Shown one piece after another: positions 28,691 to 38,815 of a stretch of DNA of 64,000 nucleotides. The notes below the pieces were generated by a model. The model saw only the letters and a list, made by a program, of their open reading frames with translations, searched no databases and was not told the origin of the DNA. The first letter of the stretch is position 1. Every line of letters begins with the position of its first letter. The DNA is from Pseudomonadota bacterium (GTDB lineage: Bacteria; Pseudomonadota; Gammaproteobacteria; Steroidobacterales; Woeseiaceae), in assembly GCA_027618995.1 (NCBI GenBank), contig JAQCGO010000008.1, positions 271-64,270 on the forward strand, in the 5' to 3' direction. Made by a program: the position numbers and the translations under genes.

Positions 28691-28833
28691 TGGCTCGTGA
28701 GCCCGATGAACCGTCCGAGTACAGGCATTGCTGTACCCGGTCCGGCTGTTTAGCATGGCCCAAGTTACGTGTAGGTGACGAATTTTTCTGTTAACTAATC
28801 AATAATTTGCGATTGAAACTTGAATTAACCTAA

Positions 28834-30756
28834 ATGACAAGCCCAAGACCACTATTGTTCCTGCTGATTATGCTCATCGGCAGCACCGTGCAGGCCGACG
28901 AGACCTTTCCGGAACCGCCGGAATTGAGGCCTGATATCGACTTCTGGGTCGACATATTCACCCGTTACACCACCAGCCAGGGAGTGTTGCATGATAGCCG
29001 CGATCTCTCGGTTGTGTACGAGCACCTCGATTTTTCGCCGAATGACAGTTCGCGCGAACGGCAACGCAAGATTGCGAATCGCCATGAAGCACTGCAGAAA
29101 ATTCTACAGCGTCTTGCCGGCGGCAAGCGCAATGGCCTGAACGACGCCGAAGCGTGTGTCCTGGCCATGTGGCCCGGCGATGTCAGCAATAACAGGCTGG
29201 CGCAGGCGGCGAAAGACGTTCGTTACCAGCAGGGCCTGCAGGATCGGTTTCGCGAGGGACTCATTCGGGCGGGTCTGTGGCGCGACCATATTAATCGGGA
29301 GTTTCAGGCACTGGGCGTGCCGATCGAGATGGCGGCACTGCCGCATGTCGAATCGTCGTACAACCCGGCGGCCCGTTCGAATGTCGGTGCATCAGGCATC
29401 TGGCAATTCATGCCCAGTACCGGACGCCGCTTCATGCGCGTCGACCATGTACTCGACGAACGCAATGATCCGTTCGCGGCGACGCAGGCGGCTGGCAAAC
29501 TGCTCGCTTACAACTATTCGATCACCGGCAACTGGCCGATGGCGATTACCGCTTACAACCATGGGCTGGGCGGCATACGTCGGGCAATGCAGGAATTTGG
29601 CGACACGGCTTACGTCGATATCCTGCGCAAGTACAACGGCAGGACTTTCGGTTTTGCGTCGCGAAACTTTTACGTTGCGTTTCTTGCTGCCAAACAGGTT
29701 GATCAGAATGTCGAGCAATACTTCCCCAATCTCGTCATTGCGAAGCCACAGAGTTTTGCCACAGTGAACCTGCAGGCCTTCGTTGCGCTCGACGATCTGG
29801 CCGACGGCCTGGGGGTTACGTCGCGGCAACTGGCCGACAACAACCTTGCCCTGCAGCCAACGGTGATTTCGGGCAGCAAGCACCTGCCGAAGGGATATTC
29901 CCTGCGTGTGCCGTCGAGCCTGCTGGGCGAACCAGTGGACAAACTGGTCGCGGCTATTCCGGCATCGAGCTGGCATGCAGCGCAACTGCCGGATATGTTT
30001 CACACCGTTGCCCGCGGCGATACCTTGTCGCAGGTTGCGGAGGCTTACAAAACCCGGGTCTCGACGCTGGTGGCGCTGAACGGCCTGAGCAGCTCCAATA
30101 GCATCCGTATTGGCCAGAAAATTCGCCTGCCTGCCGCCGGACCCGCACCTCAGGTTCTGGCGAGCGCGCCGGTCACCGCGCCGATCCCTGAGCCGATCCC
30201 TGAGCCGGTCGCCGAAGTCGCCGCAGAGCCGGCCGAAACAGAACCTGAGGAAGCGCCGACGATCTCCATTCTGGAGGGCGATTTCGCCGCGGCCTTGCGC
30301 GGCACACTACAAACTGCCTTGCTGTCGGATCCAAGCGATTACTCGGTGGCGGACGACAACAGCATCGAAATTCATCCGCTCGAAACGCTGGGTCACTATG
30401 CCGACTGGCTCGAAATCCGGACACAGCGATTGCGCGACATCAATGGATTGGCGTTCACGACTGCAGTCGAAGTGGGTGACCGGATTCGCCTGGATCTTGC
30501 TACGGTCAGCATTGCGACATTTGAAGATCGGCGCATCGAATTCCATCGCCGCCAACAGGATGCTTTCTTCCGCGAACATGTCATCACTGGAATTACCGAG
30601 CACACGGTGCAATCCGGTGAATCAGTCTGGATCCTCTCGCTGCGGCAATATCAAGTGCCGATCTGGTTGTTCCGTCAATACAACCCGGAACTTGACCTGG
30701 ATAACATTCAACCGGGTATTCGCGTGCAATTCCCGATACTGAAGGTCGCCGAGTAG
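28834..30756 (+). CDS. mltD: Membrane-bound lytic murein transglycosylase D-like protein with LysM domains
   Basis: 640 aa. Signal peptide, SLT catalytic region (VESSYNPAARSNVGASGIWQFMPSTG, AYNHG), and two LysM-like segments (HTVARGDTLSQVA; HTVQSGESVWILS). Confidence 0.85.
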   Translation: MTSPRPLLFLLIMLIGSTVQADETFPEPPELRPDIDFWVDIFTRYTTSQGVLHDSRDLSVVYEHLDFSPNDSSRERQRKIANRHEALQKILQRLAGGKRNGLNDAEACVLAMWPGDVSNNRLAQAAKDVRYQQGLQDRFREGLIRAGLWRDHINREFQALGVPIEMAALPHVESSYNPAARSNVGASGIWQFMPSTGRRFMRVDHVLDERNDPFAATQAAGKLLAYNYSITGNWPMAITAYNHGLGGIRRAMQEFGDTAYVDILRKYNGRTFGFASRNFYVAFLAAKQVDQNVEQYFPNLVIAKPQSFATVNLQAFVALDDLADGLGVTSRQLADNNLALQPTVISGSKHLPKGYSLRVPSSLLGEPVDKLVAAIPASSWHAAQLPDMFHTVARGDTLSQVAEAYKTRVSTLVALNGLSSSNSIRIGQKIRLPAAGPAPQVLASAPVTAPIPEPIPEPVAEVAAEPAETEPEEAPTISILEGDFAAALRGTLQTALLSDPSDYSVADDNSIEIHPLETLGHYADWLEIRTQRLRDINGLAFTTAVEVGDRIRLDLATVSIATFEDRRIEFHRRQQDAFFREHVITGITEHTVQSGESVWILSLRQYQVPIWLFRQYNPELDLDNIQPGIRVQFPILKVAE

Positions 30757-30971
30757 CCGGTGCCGCATGTTGCGTCTGGTGTTGTTGCGCTTATTGCCGG
30801 TACTGCTGCTGACCCTGTGGTGTGGCCGGGGCGCATGGACGGGTGCTGGCCGGCGGCACCGGTTTCGCCATTGGATGGATTGTTGGTCGCGAGATGTGAT
30901 GTGGCCCGTTGGCCATCGACGACAGGTTTGCTAGTCTCTGGTGAACGCGTTCCTGAGGGTTGTCCTTGCTA

Positions 30972-31469
30972 ATGTTGCGCACGCTGTTCGGCACACTCGT
31001 TTTGTTACTGCTCTGGCATACGCCGCTCGATGCGGGCGGGTTTCCTGTGGCCGACAGCGTTGTCGTCGAAAAAGCCGCGCGCAAGCTGCATCTGATCAGG
31101 AATGGCGAGGCATTTCGGACTTTTGATATCGCGTTAGGGATTGTCCCGGAAGGCAACAAACAGCACGAAGGCGATTTCCGCACACCCGAAGGCCGTTACC
31201 TGCTCGATATGCGTAACCCCGACAGTGAGTTCTTCCTGTCCATCCACATCTCGTATCCGAATCGTGCGGATGTGCTGGCGGCCAGGTCGAAGGGCATGGA
31301 CCCGGGCGGCGCGATAATGATTCATGGACAACCAAATACGCCGACCCGATCCGAGGTTTACTATCGTACGCAGGACTGGACCAACGGCTGTATTGCGGTG
31401 TCGAATTCGGACATGATCGATATCTGGTTGATGACGGCGGACGACACGCCGATCGAGATCCTGCCCTGA
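30972..31469 (+). CDS. L,D-transpeptidase (YkuD) family protein
   Basis: ORF 30960..31469 with ATG at 30972. IHISYPN...IMIHG...TNGCIAV catalytic His/Cys motifs. Confidence 0.8.
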   Translation: MLRTLFGTLVLLLLWHTPLDAGGFPVADSVVVEKAARKLHLIRNGEAFRTFDIALGIVPEGNKQHEGDFRTPEGRYLLDMRNPDSEFFLSIHISYPNRADVLAARSKGMDPGGAIMIHGQPNTPTRSEVYYRTQDWTNGCIAVSNSDMIDIWLMTADDTPIEILP

Positions 31470-32842
31470 ATTCCAGTAACGCCGAGTTTATCAATGCCGA
31501 GGTCTGGCCGGAGGGTAGCCTCGAGGTCCTGTCGCAATTCGAGGTCGATCAGCTGCGATCGAGTGGTGAGGGTGGACTGTACGCCTTGTTGCGGCGTTGC
31601 TTGCTGGCAGTGCTGAACTCCGGCAGTGACAGCGACGATGCGCGCGAAGTGCTCGATCATTTTCGCGACTTCGAGGTCGGCTTCATACAACAGGACCAGG
31701 GTCTGAAGATCTCGCTCAGTAATGCGCCCGGCCGCGCCTTCGTTGACGGCAAGATGATTCGCGGTACACGTGAATTGCTGTTTGCCGTTCTGCGCGACGT
31801 TGTGTATACGCGTAACGAGGTCATCGACAGTGGTCGCTTCGATCTGCAGAACGGCGCCGGTATCACGGACGCTGTATTTCACATCGCACGCAATGCCGGC
31901 CTGTTGCGCCGCGACGGTGACGTTCGGCTCGTAGTGTGCTGGGGCGGGCACGCGATTGGTCGCGAAGAGTATGAATACAGCAAACAGGTTGGCTACGAAC
32001 TGGGCTTGCGCGAGCTGAATGTGTGCACCGGCTGCGGGCCCGGCGCGATGAAGGGGCCAATGAAGGGTGCAACCATAGGCCATGCCAAGCAACGCATACG
32101 CAATGGCCGCTACATCGGCATTACGGAGCCCGGCATTATCGCGGCCGAGTCGCCGAACCCGATCGTCAATTCCCTGGTCATCATGCCGGATATAGAGAAG
32201 CGACTTGAGGCGTTCGTGCGAGTCGGACACGGCATCGTGGTTTTTCCTGGCGGCGTCGGTACGGCGGAGGAAATCCTCTACCTGCTCGGCATCCTGTTGC
32301 ACCCGGAGAATCGCAATCAGCCGTTGCCGATGATCATGACCGGGCCGGCATCGGCCGAACCCTATTTCCGGCAGATTGATGAATTCGTCGCCGCAACTCT
32401 CGGCAAGGAAGCGCAGTCACGCTACTCGATTATCGTCGGCGATCCGCGCGAGGTCGCAAGACAAGCGCGTGCATCCATGGCCGATGTGCAAAAGTTTCGT
32501 AAGAAGCATGGCGACGCATTCTATTTCAACTGGCGCCTGGTCATTCCGCAGGAGTACCAGTTGCCGTTCGTCGCGACGCACAGCTCGATGGCCGCACTCA
32601 ATGTCGATGAGTCATTGCCGGCGCACGAGTTGGCCGCGGTACTGCGGCGGGTTTTCTCCGGCATCGTTTCCGGCAATGTCCGTGAAGACACGATCGAACA
32701 AATCGAAAAACACGGGCCGTTTACGATCCACGGCTCGGCGCGTGTAATGGCATTGCTGGATAAATTACTCGCTGCTTTTGTCGAGCAGCGGCGTATGAAG
32801 ATTTCCGGCGCCGGATATCAGCCCTGTTATCGGGTTTCCTGA
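31466..32842 (+). CDS. ppnN: Nucleotide 5'-monophosphate nucleosidase PpnN (LOG family); start codon non-canonical or unresolved
   Basis: ORF track starts at TTG 31586, but PpnN-like sequence (NAEVWPEGSLEVLSQFEVDQLRSSGEGGLYALL) continues upstream in frame with no ATG/GTG/TTG. The body has PGGVGTAEE and is collinear with E. coli YgdH as recalled. Confidence 0.8.
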   Translation: MNSSNAEFINAEVWPEGSLEVLSQFEVDQLRSSGEGGLYALLRRCLLAVLNSGSDSDDAREVLDHFRDFEVGFIQQDQGLKISLSNAPGRAFVDGKMIRGTRELLFAVLRDVVYTRNEVIDSGRFDLQNGAGITDAVFHIARNAGLLRRDGDVRLVVCWGGHAIGREEYEYSKQVGYELGLRELNVCTGCGPGAMKGPMKGATIGHAKQRIRNGRYIGITEPGIIAAESPNPIVNSLVIMPDIEKRLEAFVRVGHGIVVFPGGVGTAEEILYLLGILLHPENRNQPLPMIMTGPASAEPYFRQIDEFVAATLGKEAQSRYSIIVGDPREVARQARASMADVQKFRKKHGDAFYFNWRLVIPQEYQLPFVATHSSMAALNVDESLPAHELAAVLRRVFSGIVSGNVREDTIEQIEKHGPFTIHGSARVMALLDKLLAAFVEQRRMKISGAGYQPCYRVS

Positions 32843-33105
32843 CAAAACGTGTATTGTTAAATCGGGTTGAACGCGTTTCTCGCTGTGGCCGTCTATTAAG
32901 TAAAATCAAGCAATAACTACCTGAAAAATATGTAAAAAACCTAAGCCCGCGCTGTGATGTAGTTCCTGTGAATCGAGCTGCCTGAACCGTAGCATGTGCA
33001 AACAGGATTGATCAGGGCAAGGCAATTCCAGATAGCAAAAACGTCAAATGGACTGATCGCTTCGGTACAAATGCCGACGCAGCAGCGAGCAAGATCGACG
33101 GCGCA

Positions 33106-33300
33106 GTGAATGCGGATCTGCCTGCTGCGAATGACGCCGATGGCTGGCGACAGTATCGGCAGTGGATTTCGAAGGCACCCGCACCGCGAGGTCGGCGCAC
33201 GGGGATGGATCCTGTGCTGTATTCCTGGAAAGGTTATCGCAACTGGACCGAACAGGTGCGACGTAACTGGTCGAAAGATTCGAACGACGATTCCGAATAA
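33106..33300 (+). CDS. Hypothetical 64-aa Trp/Arg-rich protein
   Basis: GTG-start ORF followed 20 nt downstream by a strong intrinsic terminator. No family recognised. Confidence 0.45.
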   Translation: MNADLPAANDADGWRQYRQWISKAPAPRGRRTGMDPVLYSWKGYRNWTEQVRRNWSKDSNDDSE

Positions 33301-33320
33301 GAGCCACACAGCTTATGTAG

Positions 33321-33355
33321 CACAGCGCCGACCAGAGGTCGGCGCTGTGCGTTTT
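33321..33355 (+). terminator. Rho-independent terminator
   Basis: 13-bp perfect stem CACAGCGCCGACC / GGTCGGCGCTGTG, loop AGA, followed by CGTTTTG. Confidence 0.75.
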
Positions 33356-33536
33356 GCAATATGGAATTCCGTAGTGTGAATTCAGCAACATTTGCAAACG
33401 GTACTGTGTCTTATTTTTTGCGTTTGCGATGCAATCCATTCGTTGAGAAAAGCAAGCTGTGATGCGCCTCACGGAGGCAATCAGAACAACGAATTATAGT
33501 CGGCAGCAACACAGTACAAGATGCGATTTAAATAGT

Positions 33537-33728
33537 ATGTCAAACAAATACACGGAATCTGAATCGCCCGTTGTAACACTGAAGAACGAATCATCGCGTC
33601 AGCGGTGGGAGCTGTTTCATCGCGCTATCGCGCACGCCAAGCAATCGAATGCTGCAACTCTGGCGGACGATGACTCCGCTGCGAATGATGCCCGCAGCGT
33701 CGTGCCGCGACTGTCGATCGTTCGCTAG
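33537..33728 (+). CDS. Hypothetical small protein
   Basis: Internal ATG of ORF 33459..33728 (MSNKYTESESPVV...). No family recognised; could be non-coding. Confidence 0.25.
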   Translation: MSNKYTESESPVVTLKNESSRQRWELFHRAIAHAKQSNAATLADDDSAANDARSVVPRLSIVR

Positions 33729-33741
33729 CTTGGAAATAGTC

Positions 33742-33975
33742 ATGCAGTGGCTGGATGAGCTCGATGACCTGCTCGCGGCTGTGCGGCTGGTCAGTGAACG
33801 CATACGCAGTTTCCTGCTCGGTCTGTCGCTATTAGTCTTTTCCGCGCTGGCGCCCATTGCCGGCGTGCTGCTCGCGCTGCGACATCCGCCGTTGGTAATG
33901 GCGACTGCAATGCTCCTGTTCGTCACCCTCCTGTACCGCTCGGTCACAGTTACCCGATTTACGCCAACTACTTGA
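33742..33975 (+). CDS. Hypothetical 77-aa two-TM membrane protein
   Basis: Internal ATG of ORF 33649..33975 (MQWLDELDDLLAAV... then two hydrophobic helices). Confidence 0.35.
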   Translation: MQWLDELDDLLAAVRLVSERIRSFLLGLSLLVFSALAPIAGVLLALRHPPLVMATAMLLFVTLLYRSVTVTRFTPTT

Positions 33976-33997
33976 AATAGTCTGACAAGCCCCTATC
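33971..33997 (+). promoter_or_regulatory. Sigma32 (heat-shock) promoter for htpG
   Basis: CTTGAAA (33971-33977), a 12-nt spacer, then CCCCTATC (33990-33997), against consensus CTTGAA-N13-15-CCCCATnT. About 40 nt upstream of htpG. Confidence 0.55.
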
Positions 33998-34034
33998 GTG
34001 TCTGACTGGATGTGGCCAGGTTGTGGCCGCTGGA

Positions 34035-35942
34035 ATGATGTCAGGAGACGCAGGCGTGAGCGAAACAGGCGGTCGTGAGACCCTCGGCTTTCAAACCGAG
34101 GTTCGTCAACTTCTCAAGTTGATGATCCATTCCTTGTACAGCAACAGGGAAATTTTCCTTCGGGAGTTGATCTCAAACGCGTCTGACGCGGCCGACAAGT
34201 TACGCTTTGAAGCGCTGGCAGCGCCGGACCTGTTGGCGGACGACAAAGAATTGTCGATCAGCATCGCGTTCGACAAAAAGGCCCGCACATTGGCGATCAG
34301 CGACAACGGTATCGGCATGTCGCGTGCTGAACTGGTCGATAACCTTGGCACGATTGCGCGCTCCGGCACGGCTGATTTTCTGGGCAAAATGAGCGGCGAT
34401 CAGAAAAAGGATGCGCAACTGATCGGGCAGTTCGGCGTTGGCTTTTACTCTGCGTTTATCGTCGCCGACGACGTCACGGTGGAAACCCGACGCGCGGATC
34501 ACGATGCGTCGGCCAGTGCACGCTGGCGATCGGACGGCCAGGGCGAATTTACGGTTGAGGTGCTCGAAAGGGCGGAACGCGGCACGACGGTAACGCTGCA
34601 TCTCAGGGAAGACGCGGCCGAATTCTGTGAACCCTTGCGTATCGAGAACTTGATTCGCCGCTATTCCGATCACATCGGCTTCCCGGTCGCAGTGCGGGAT
34701 GCCGGAAGCGACGAAGAAGGGCGCGTCATTAACTCCGCGACGGCGCTATGGCTGCGCTCGAGGTCCGAGATCACTGACGATGAGTACACCGAGTTTTACA
34801 AGTATCTGACGCACGACTTCGCGGACCCGGCGGCCTGGAGTCACAACCGGGTTGAGGGCAAGCGCGAGTACACGAGTCTGCTGTTCCTGCCATCGGCAGC
34901 ACCTTACGACCTGTGGAATCGCGACGTGCCGCGCGGTCTGAAACTGTATGCACAGCGGGTCTTCATCATGGATGACGCCGAACAGTTTTTGCCCCTCTAT
35001 TTGCGCTTCGTGAAAGGGGTGGTGGACTCGTCGGACCTGCCGCTCAATGTGTCACGCGAATTGCTGCAGCAGAATCCAGAGTTGACAACAATGCGCGCTG
35101 CGCTGACCCGGCGGGTGCTCGATATGCTCGATAAACTGGCGCGCAATGAAACCGAAAAGTACGCAAAATTCTGGACCGAGTTCGGCCAGGTCCTGAAAGA
35201 AGGCCTGATCGAGGACACGGCGAACAAGGACAAGCTGGTCAAATTGCTGCGTTTCGCGACCAGCAAGAACGATGCAAAAGTGCAGGATCAGTCGCTCGAT
35301 GATTACGTCACCCGGGCCTCGGCCGAACAGGACAAGATCTACTACATCCTGGCCGAGAATCCGGCGACCGCATTGGCGAGCCCGCACCTGGAGCGCTTTT
35401 CCGAACAGGGTGTCGAGGTGCTGTTGCTAACAGACCGCATCGACCCCTGGCTGGCGGATAGCCTCACCGAGTACGAAGGCAAAAGTTTCCAGGACGTTGG
35501 CCGTGCCGATGCCGAAATCCCGGGAGCGACTGGCAGGATCACCGCGGCTGCAGATGAGAAAGAGCACAAGGCGCTGCTGAAACAAATAAAGCGGGCGCTG
35601 CGGGAACGTGTCGAGGACGTGCAGGTCAGTCAGCGACTCGTGAGTTCGCCAGCCTGTGTTGTTGCGAGCGCGAGCGATCCGGGCCCACAGCTGCGACGCA
35701 TGCTTGAGGCCAGCGGCCAGTCCTTGCCGGCCAGTAAACCGATCCTGGAAATTAACGTTGAACACCCGTTGCTCGTGCGCCTGGCCGGGGAGGCGGACAG
35801 CACACGTTTTGCAAGCCGCGCAGAAATACTGCTCGATCATGCGCTGCTGGCGGAGGGGTCATCGCTTGAAAATCCGGCAGACTACGTACAACGCATGAAT
35901 AATCTGTTGCTCGAACTTGATTCGGGCGCCGGCAAAGGCTAA
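34035..35942 (+). CDS. htpG: Molecular chaperone HtpG (Hsp90)
   Basis: ORF 34023..35942. [36 protein letters not shown]-terminal ATPase signature. Exact start ambiguous (GTG 34023, ATG 34035 or 34038). Confidence 0.95.
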   Translation: MMSGDAGVSETGGRETLGFQTEVRQLLKLMIHSLYSNREIFLRELISNASDAADKLRFEALAAPDLLADDKELSISIAFDKKARTLAISDNGIGMSRAELVDNLGTIARSGTADFLGKMSGDQKKDAQLIGQFGVGFYSAFIVADDVTVETRRADHDASASARWRSDGQGEFTVEVLERAERGTTVTLHLREDAAEFCEPLRIENLIRRYSDHIGFPVAVRDAGSDEEGRVINSATALWLRSRSEITDDEYTEFYKYLTHDFADPAAWSHNRVEGKREYTSLLFLPSAAPYDLWNRDVPRGLKLYAQRVFIMDDAEQFLPLYLRFVKGVVDSSDLPLNVSRELLQQNPELTTMRAALTRRVLDMLDKLARNETEKYAKFWTEFGQVLKEGLIEDTANKDKLVKLLRFATSKNDAKVQDQSLDDYVTRASAEQDKIYYILAENPATALASPHLERFSEQGVEVLLLTDRIDPWLADSLTEYEGKSFQDVGRADAEIPGATGRITAAADEKEHKALLKQIKRALRERVEDVQVSQRLVSSPACVVASASDPGPQLRRMLEASGQSLPASKPILEINVEHPLLVRLAGEADSTRFASRAEILLDHALLAEGSSLENPADYVQRMNNLLLELDSGAGKG

Positions 35943-35952
35943 AACGTTGGCC

Positions 35953-36345
35953 ATGACAAAAGACGCCTCCGCCGAAGATCTGCGCACCCGACTGGACGCC
36001 GAACAAATCAGGGTGACCCAGCACAAGGGCACCGAGCGCCCGTTTTCCGGCAAATACGTCGACCACAAGGCGGACGGTACTTATCGCTGTGTTTGTTGCG
36101 ATGCGGAGTTGTTTTCGTCCACGCACAAATACGACTCAGGTTCCGGGTGGCCCAGCTTCTGGTTACCGCTGGCCGGCGAGGCGGTACGCACGGTGCGTGA
36201 TACCAGCCGCGGCATGATCCGGGACGAAGTCGTTTGCAAGCAGTGTGGCGCGCATCTTGGCCATGTTTTCGAGGACGGCCCGCAACCGTCGGGCCTGCGT
36301 TACTGCATCAATTCAGCATCGCTGGACTTTGCCGGCTCGGAATAG
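35953..36345 (+). CDS. msrB: Peptide-methionine (R)-S-oxide reductase
   Basis: In-frame ATG within ORF 35917..36345. CxxC pairs ([19 protein letters not shown]) and SGWPSF, RYCINS motifs. Confidence 0.9.
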   Translation: MTKDASAEDLRTRLDAEQIRVTQHKGTERPFSGKYVDHKADGTYRCVCCDAELFSSTHKYDSGSGWPSFWLPLAGEAVRTVRDTSRGMIRDEVVCKQCGAHLGHVFEDGPQPSGLRYCINSASLDFAGSE

Positions 36346-36387
36346 ATCCGGCGCGACGCACTAATTCATCCACCGAAGGGAACAAAA

Positions 36388-36939
36388 ATGACGTTTCGGA
36401 ATACGACTGCGGCAATAATTATTGCCATTTTAATAGCTGGTTGCACCAAACAGGCTGACGACAAGGCGGCCACGACAGAGCCCACGACAGAGCCAGGGGC
36501 CAGCACAACGAGCGCTTTGGAGAACGCTACCGTGGATACGAACATGCAGGCAGAACGTATCGAGATCGCGCCGGGACTGACGGCCCGGATCTTGCGCGCA
36601 GGCGACGGTCAGATTGCGGCGGCGGGCGACAATGTCGTCGTACATTACACGGGCTGGTTGTACGACGAAGCGGCCGCCGACAAGCGCGGTGTCAAATTCG
36701 ACAGCTCGGTCGATCGTGGCGATCATTTTCAGTTTCCACTTGGCGCTGGCCGCGTCATCAAGGGCTGGGATCAGGGCGTTGCCGGAATGGCGATTGGTGA
36801 ACTGCGCGAACTGACGATCTCGCCCGAGTTGGGCTATGGCGCGCGCGGTGCGGGCAATCTCATTCCGCCCGGCGCGACGCTGGTATTCGAAGTCGAGTTG
36901 TTTGGACTGCAAAGCCTCGGCGCGCCAGCGACACCCTGA
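36388..36939 (+). CDS. FKBP-type peptidyl-prolyl cis-trans isomerase lipoprotein
   Basis: 183 aa. Lipobox LIAGC; VVVHYTGWL...FDSS...[19 protein letters not shown]...[13 protein letters not shown]. Confidence 0.85.
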   Translation: MTFRNTTAAIIIAILIAGCTKQADDKAATTEPTTEPGASTTSALENATVDTNMQAERIEIAPGLTARILRAGDGQIAAAGDNVVVHYTGWLYDEAAADKRGVKFDSSVDRGDHFQFPLGAGRVIKGWDQGVAGMAIGELRELTISPELGYGARGAGNLIPPGATLVFEVELFGLQSLGAPATP

Positions 36940-36942
36940 GAT

Positions 36943-37809
36943 CTAGCGCAGTTCAAACTCGACACGGCGATTCTTTTCGCGGCCATCGGCTGTCTCGTTG
37001 GCAGCGATCGGCTGCGATGCGCCGCGACCTTCAAGGATCAGGCGGTCTCGCGTCAGTCCTCTTTGCGCGAGCTCCGCTGCAACGACCTGGGCCCGCGCAA
37101 GACTGATCCGCACATTCCAGGCGGCCGCGCCCGTCGCGTCGCTGTGTCCGATGATGGCGATCTTGCCGTCGTTGCAGTCGTAAGCGAACTCGGCCAGCTT
37201 ATCCAGCAGTGGGTAGGACGAAGATCGAATATGCGTGCCCGATGGTCGAAACCGGATCGGCTCGGTCGCGAAGCTGGCGAAGTTGCGGCGGCACAGGTCA
37301 GCGAAACTGGTGCCATTATCGACGATGATTACGTCCGACGTCAGGGAGCCGTTCCCGTCGATCGCGTCGTGCAGGAATTTGCGTCGACTCTGATAGCCAG
37401 GTCCGTCGTCACTAACGCCGCGAATTTCAATATGCCTGGCCTGCAGCACGGCCTGTGCCGCCTCGGTTGCCGCGACCAGGTAGAGCAAGCGGGTGTTGAG
37501 GGTTTCCCAGTCCGGAGCCAGCGTCACCGCCATCCTGAAATCGGTGTCGATCGTCGCGACCGCAAACTGCTCGCTGGCTAGCTGCAGCAAGGCGGCCTCG
37601 TGCTCGTGTGAGGTCGTCGTACCGGTAATCTGCAGGCGATTGCGGCCCAGCTGAATCGAGAACTGCGGTTCATCGAACAGTGTCGCAGAGGTTCTGACGG
37701 GGGCTTGTGGCGGCACGCTGTGATCGAATGGCAATGCGAGCAGCATGCCGCACGCCAGCACGGCCAAAGACAATGCCGCACGAATTCGTCGCCGTTGCTC
37801 GGCGGGCAT
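36943..37809 (-). CDS. OmpA-family (peptidoglycan-binding C-terminal domain) protein
   Basis: 288 aa. C-terminal GHSDATGAAAWNVRISLARAQVVAAEL...NRRVEFEL OmpA_C motif. Confidence 0.8.
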   Translation of the reverse strand: MPAEQRRRIRAALSLAVLACGMLLALPFDHSVPPQAPVRTSATLFDEPQFSIQLGRNRLQITGTTTSHEHEAALLQLASEQFAVATIDTDFRMAVTLAPDWETLNTRLLYLVAATEAAQAVLQARHIEIRGVSDDGPGYQSRRKFLHDAIDGNGSLTSDVIIVDNGTSFADLCRRNFASFATEPIRFRPSGTHIRSSSYPLLDKLAEFAYDCNDGKIAIIGHSDATGAAAWNVRISLARAQVVAAELAQRGLTRDRLILEGRGASQPIAANETADGREKNRRVEFELR

Positions 37810-37813
37810 GAAT

Positions 37814-38803
37814 CTAGGCCGAGCCGCTCTGTTTTTGATCCGGCAGGATGCGCGCCTGACCTATCCAGTCTTCGCGATAGATGCGGCTGCGAAATCCCTT
37901 GAGTCGTTCGGCTACACGATCGATGTCGTATTCGCTCATGCCGGCAATCTGCTCGAACTGGAATATGCCCAGTTCATGCAGGGTCTTCGCAATGGCGGGT
38001 CCTATACCTTTGATCTGCATGAGGTCGTCATGCACGATGCTAACCCTTGCTGACGCAGCGACATCGTCCTCGAGTTGCTCCAGTTCCTGCAGCAAATCAG
38101 CCACGTCGTTGCTGACACTATCCTCGACCGACTCATCCGGATCGTTCGATGCGTTCAGATCGTCGCCAAGAGCATCGGCATCCACGGGCTCGACGCGGGT
38201 CTCGTCCGAACCCAGCATCGATTCGAGTGCGGCGATGCGGTCTTGCGCGGCGAGCAATTCTGACTGCATCGCGTTCGCCTCTTCGTTGCGCACGCGAAAG
38301 CGCTCGACCAGCGGCGGTACTCGTTGTTGCCAGCCGTCGAGATCCTTTTTCAGTTTTGCAATCCGCTCATCGCGGACCTTGAGCGCGGGTGAGGTGACAT
38401 CTTCCTCGACGGCACGATTCTGCATATCGTTCTGCAGCTGATTGCGCTGTGCGACAGTTGCTTCCAGATTGCTGCGAATATCTTTGATCTGACGCTGCAA
38501 TTCATCGCGCCGCTCGAAGGCCTCCTTGAGCGCAGCTGACAGTTCACTGGCCCGCATCTTGGAGTCCTTGTTGGAGTCCTTGTTGGAGGCCTGGTACTGC
38601 CCGTTTTGCTTCATCAGGCTCTTGTTCTGTTCGAGCAGGCGCTCGTGTTCATTACGTTGTGCTGCAAGCTGCTCCTGCCAACCCAGGTTGATCGCCGTCT
38701 TTTCGCCGGTGCTTTTCCTGCCGCGAAAAATCCACCCGACGATGATGCCCGCCGCCAGGGAGGCAACCAGGATGACGATGTGAACGATGGTGATTTCGGG
38801 CAT
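37814..38803 (-). CDS. Membrane-anchored coiled-coil protein with C-terminal helix-hairpin-helix-like domain
   Basis: 329 aa. N-terminal TM, about 200 aa of heptad-rich sequence, an acidic linker, then IKGIGPAIAKTLHELGIFQFEQIAGMSEYDIDRV. Lies 4 nt upstream of the OmpA-family gene. Confidence 0.6.
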   Translation of the reverse strand: MPEITIVHIVILVASLAAGIIVGWIFRGRKSTGEKTAINLGWQEQLAAQRNEHERLLEQNKSLMKQNGQYQASNKDSNKDSKMRASELSAALKEAFERRDELQRQIKDIRSNLEATVAQRNQLQNDMQNRAVEEDVTSPALKVRDERIAKLKKDLDGWQQRVPPLVERFRVRNEEANAMQSELLAAQDRIAALESMLGSDETRVEPVDADALGDDLNASNDPDESVEDSVSNDVADLLQELEQLEDDVAASARVSIVHDDLMQIKGIGPAIAKTLHELGIFQFEQIAGMSEYDIDRVAERLKGFRSRIYREDWIGQARILPDQKQSGSA

Positions 38804-38815
38804 TGTGTCGGGTCC

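Noticed and set aside
30181-30204. Short tandem DNA repeats that might look like repeat arrays: 12-bp x2 in mltD (PIPEPIPE), the GAGCCN run at 57843-57872 and (GATATC)3 at 58143-58160 in chpA, and 12-bp x2 at 38561-38584 in the coiled-coil gene.
   Set aside because: All are in frame inside coding regions and encode low-complexity linkers (PE/EP, DIDIDI, SNKDSNKD). There is no spacer-repeat organisation, so none is a CRISPR array or satellite element.
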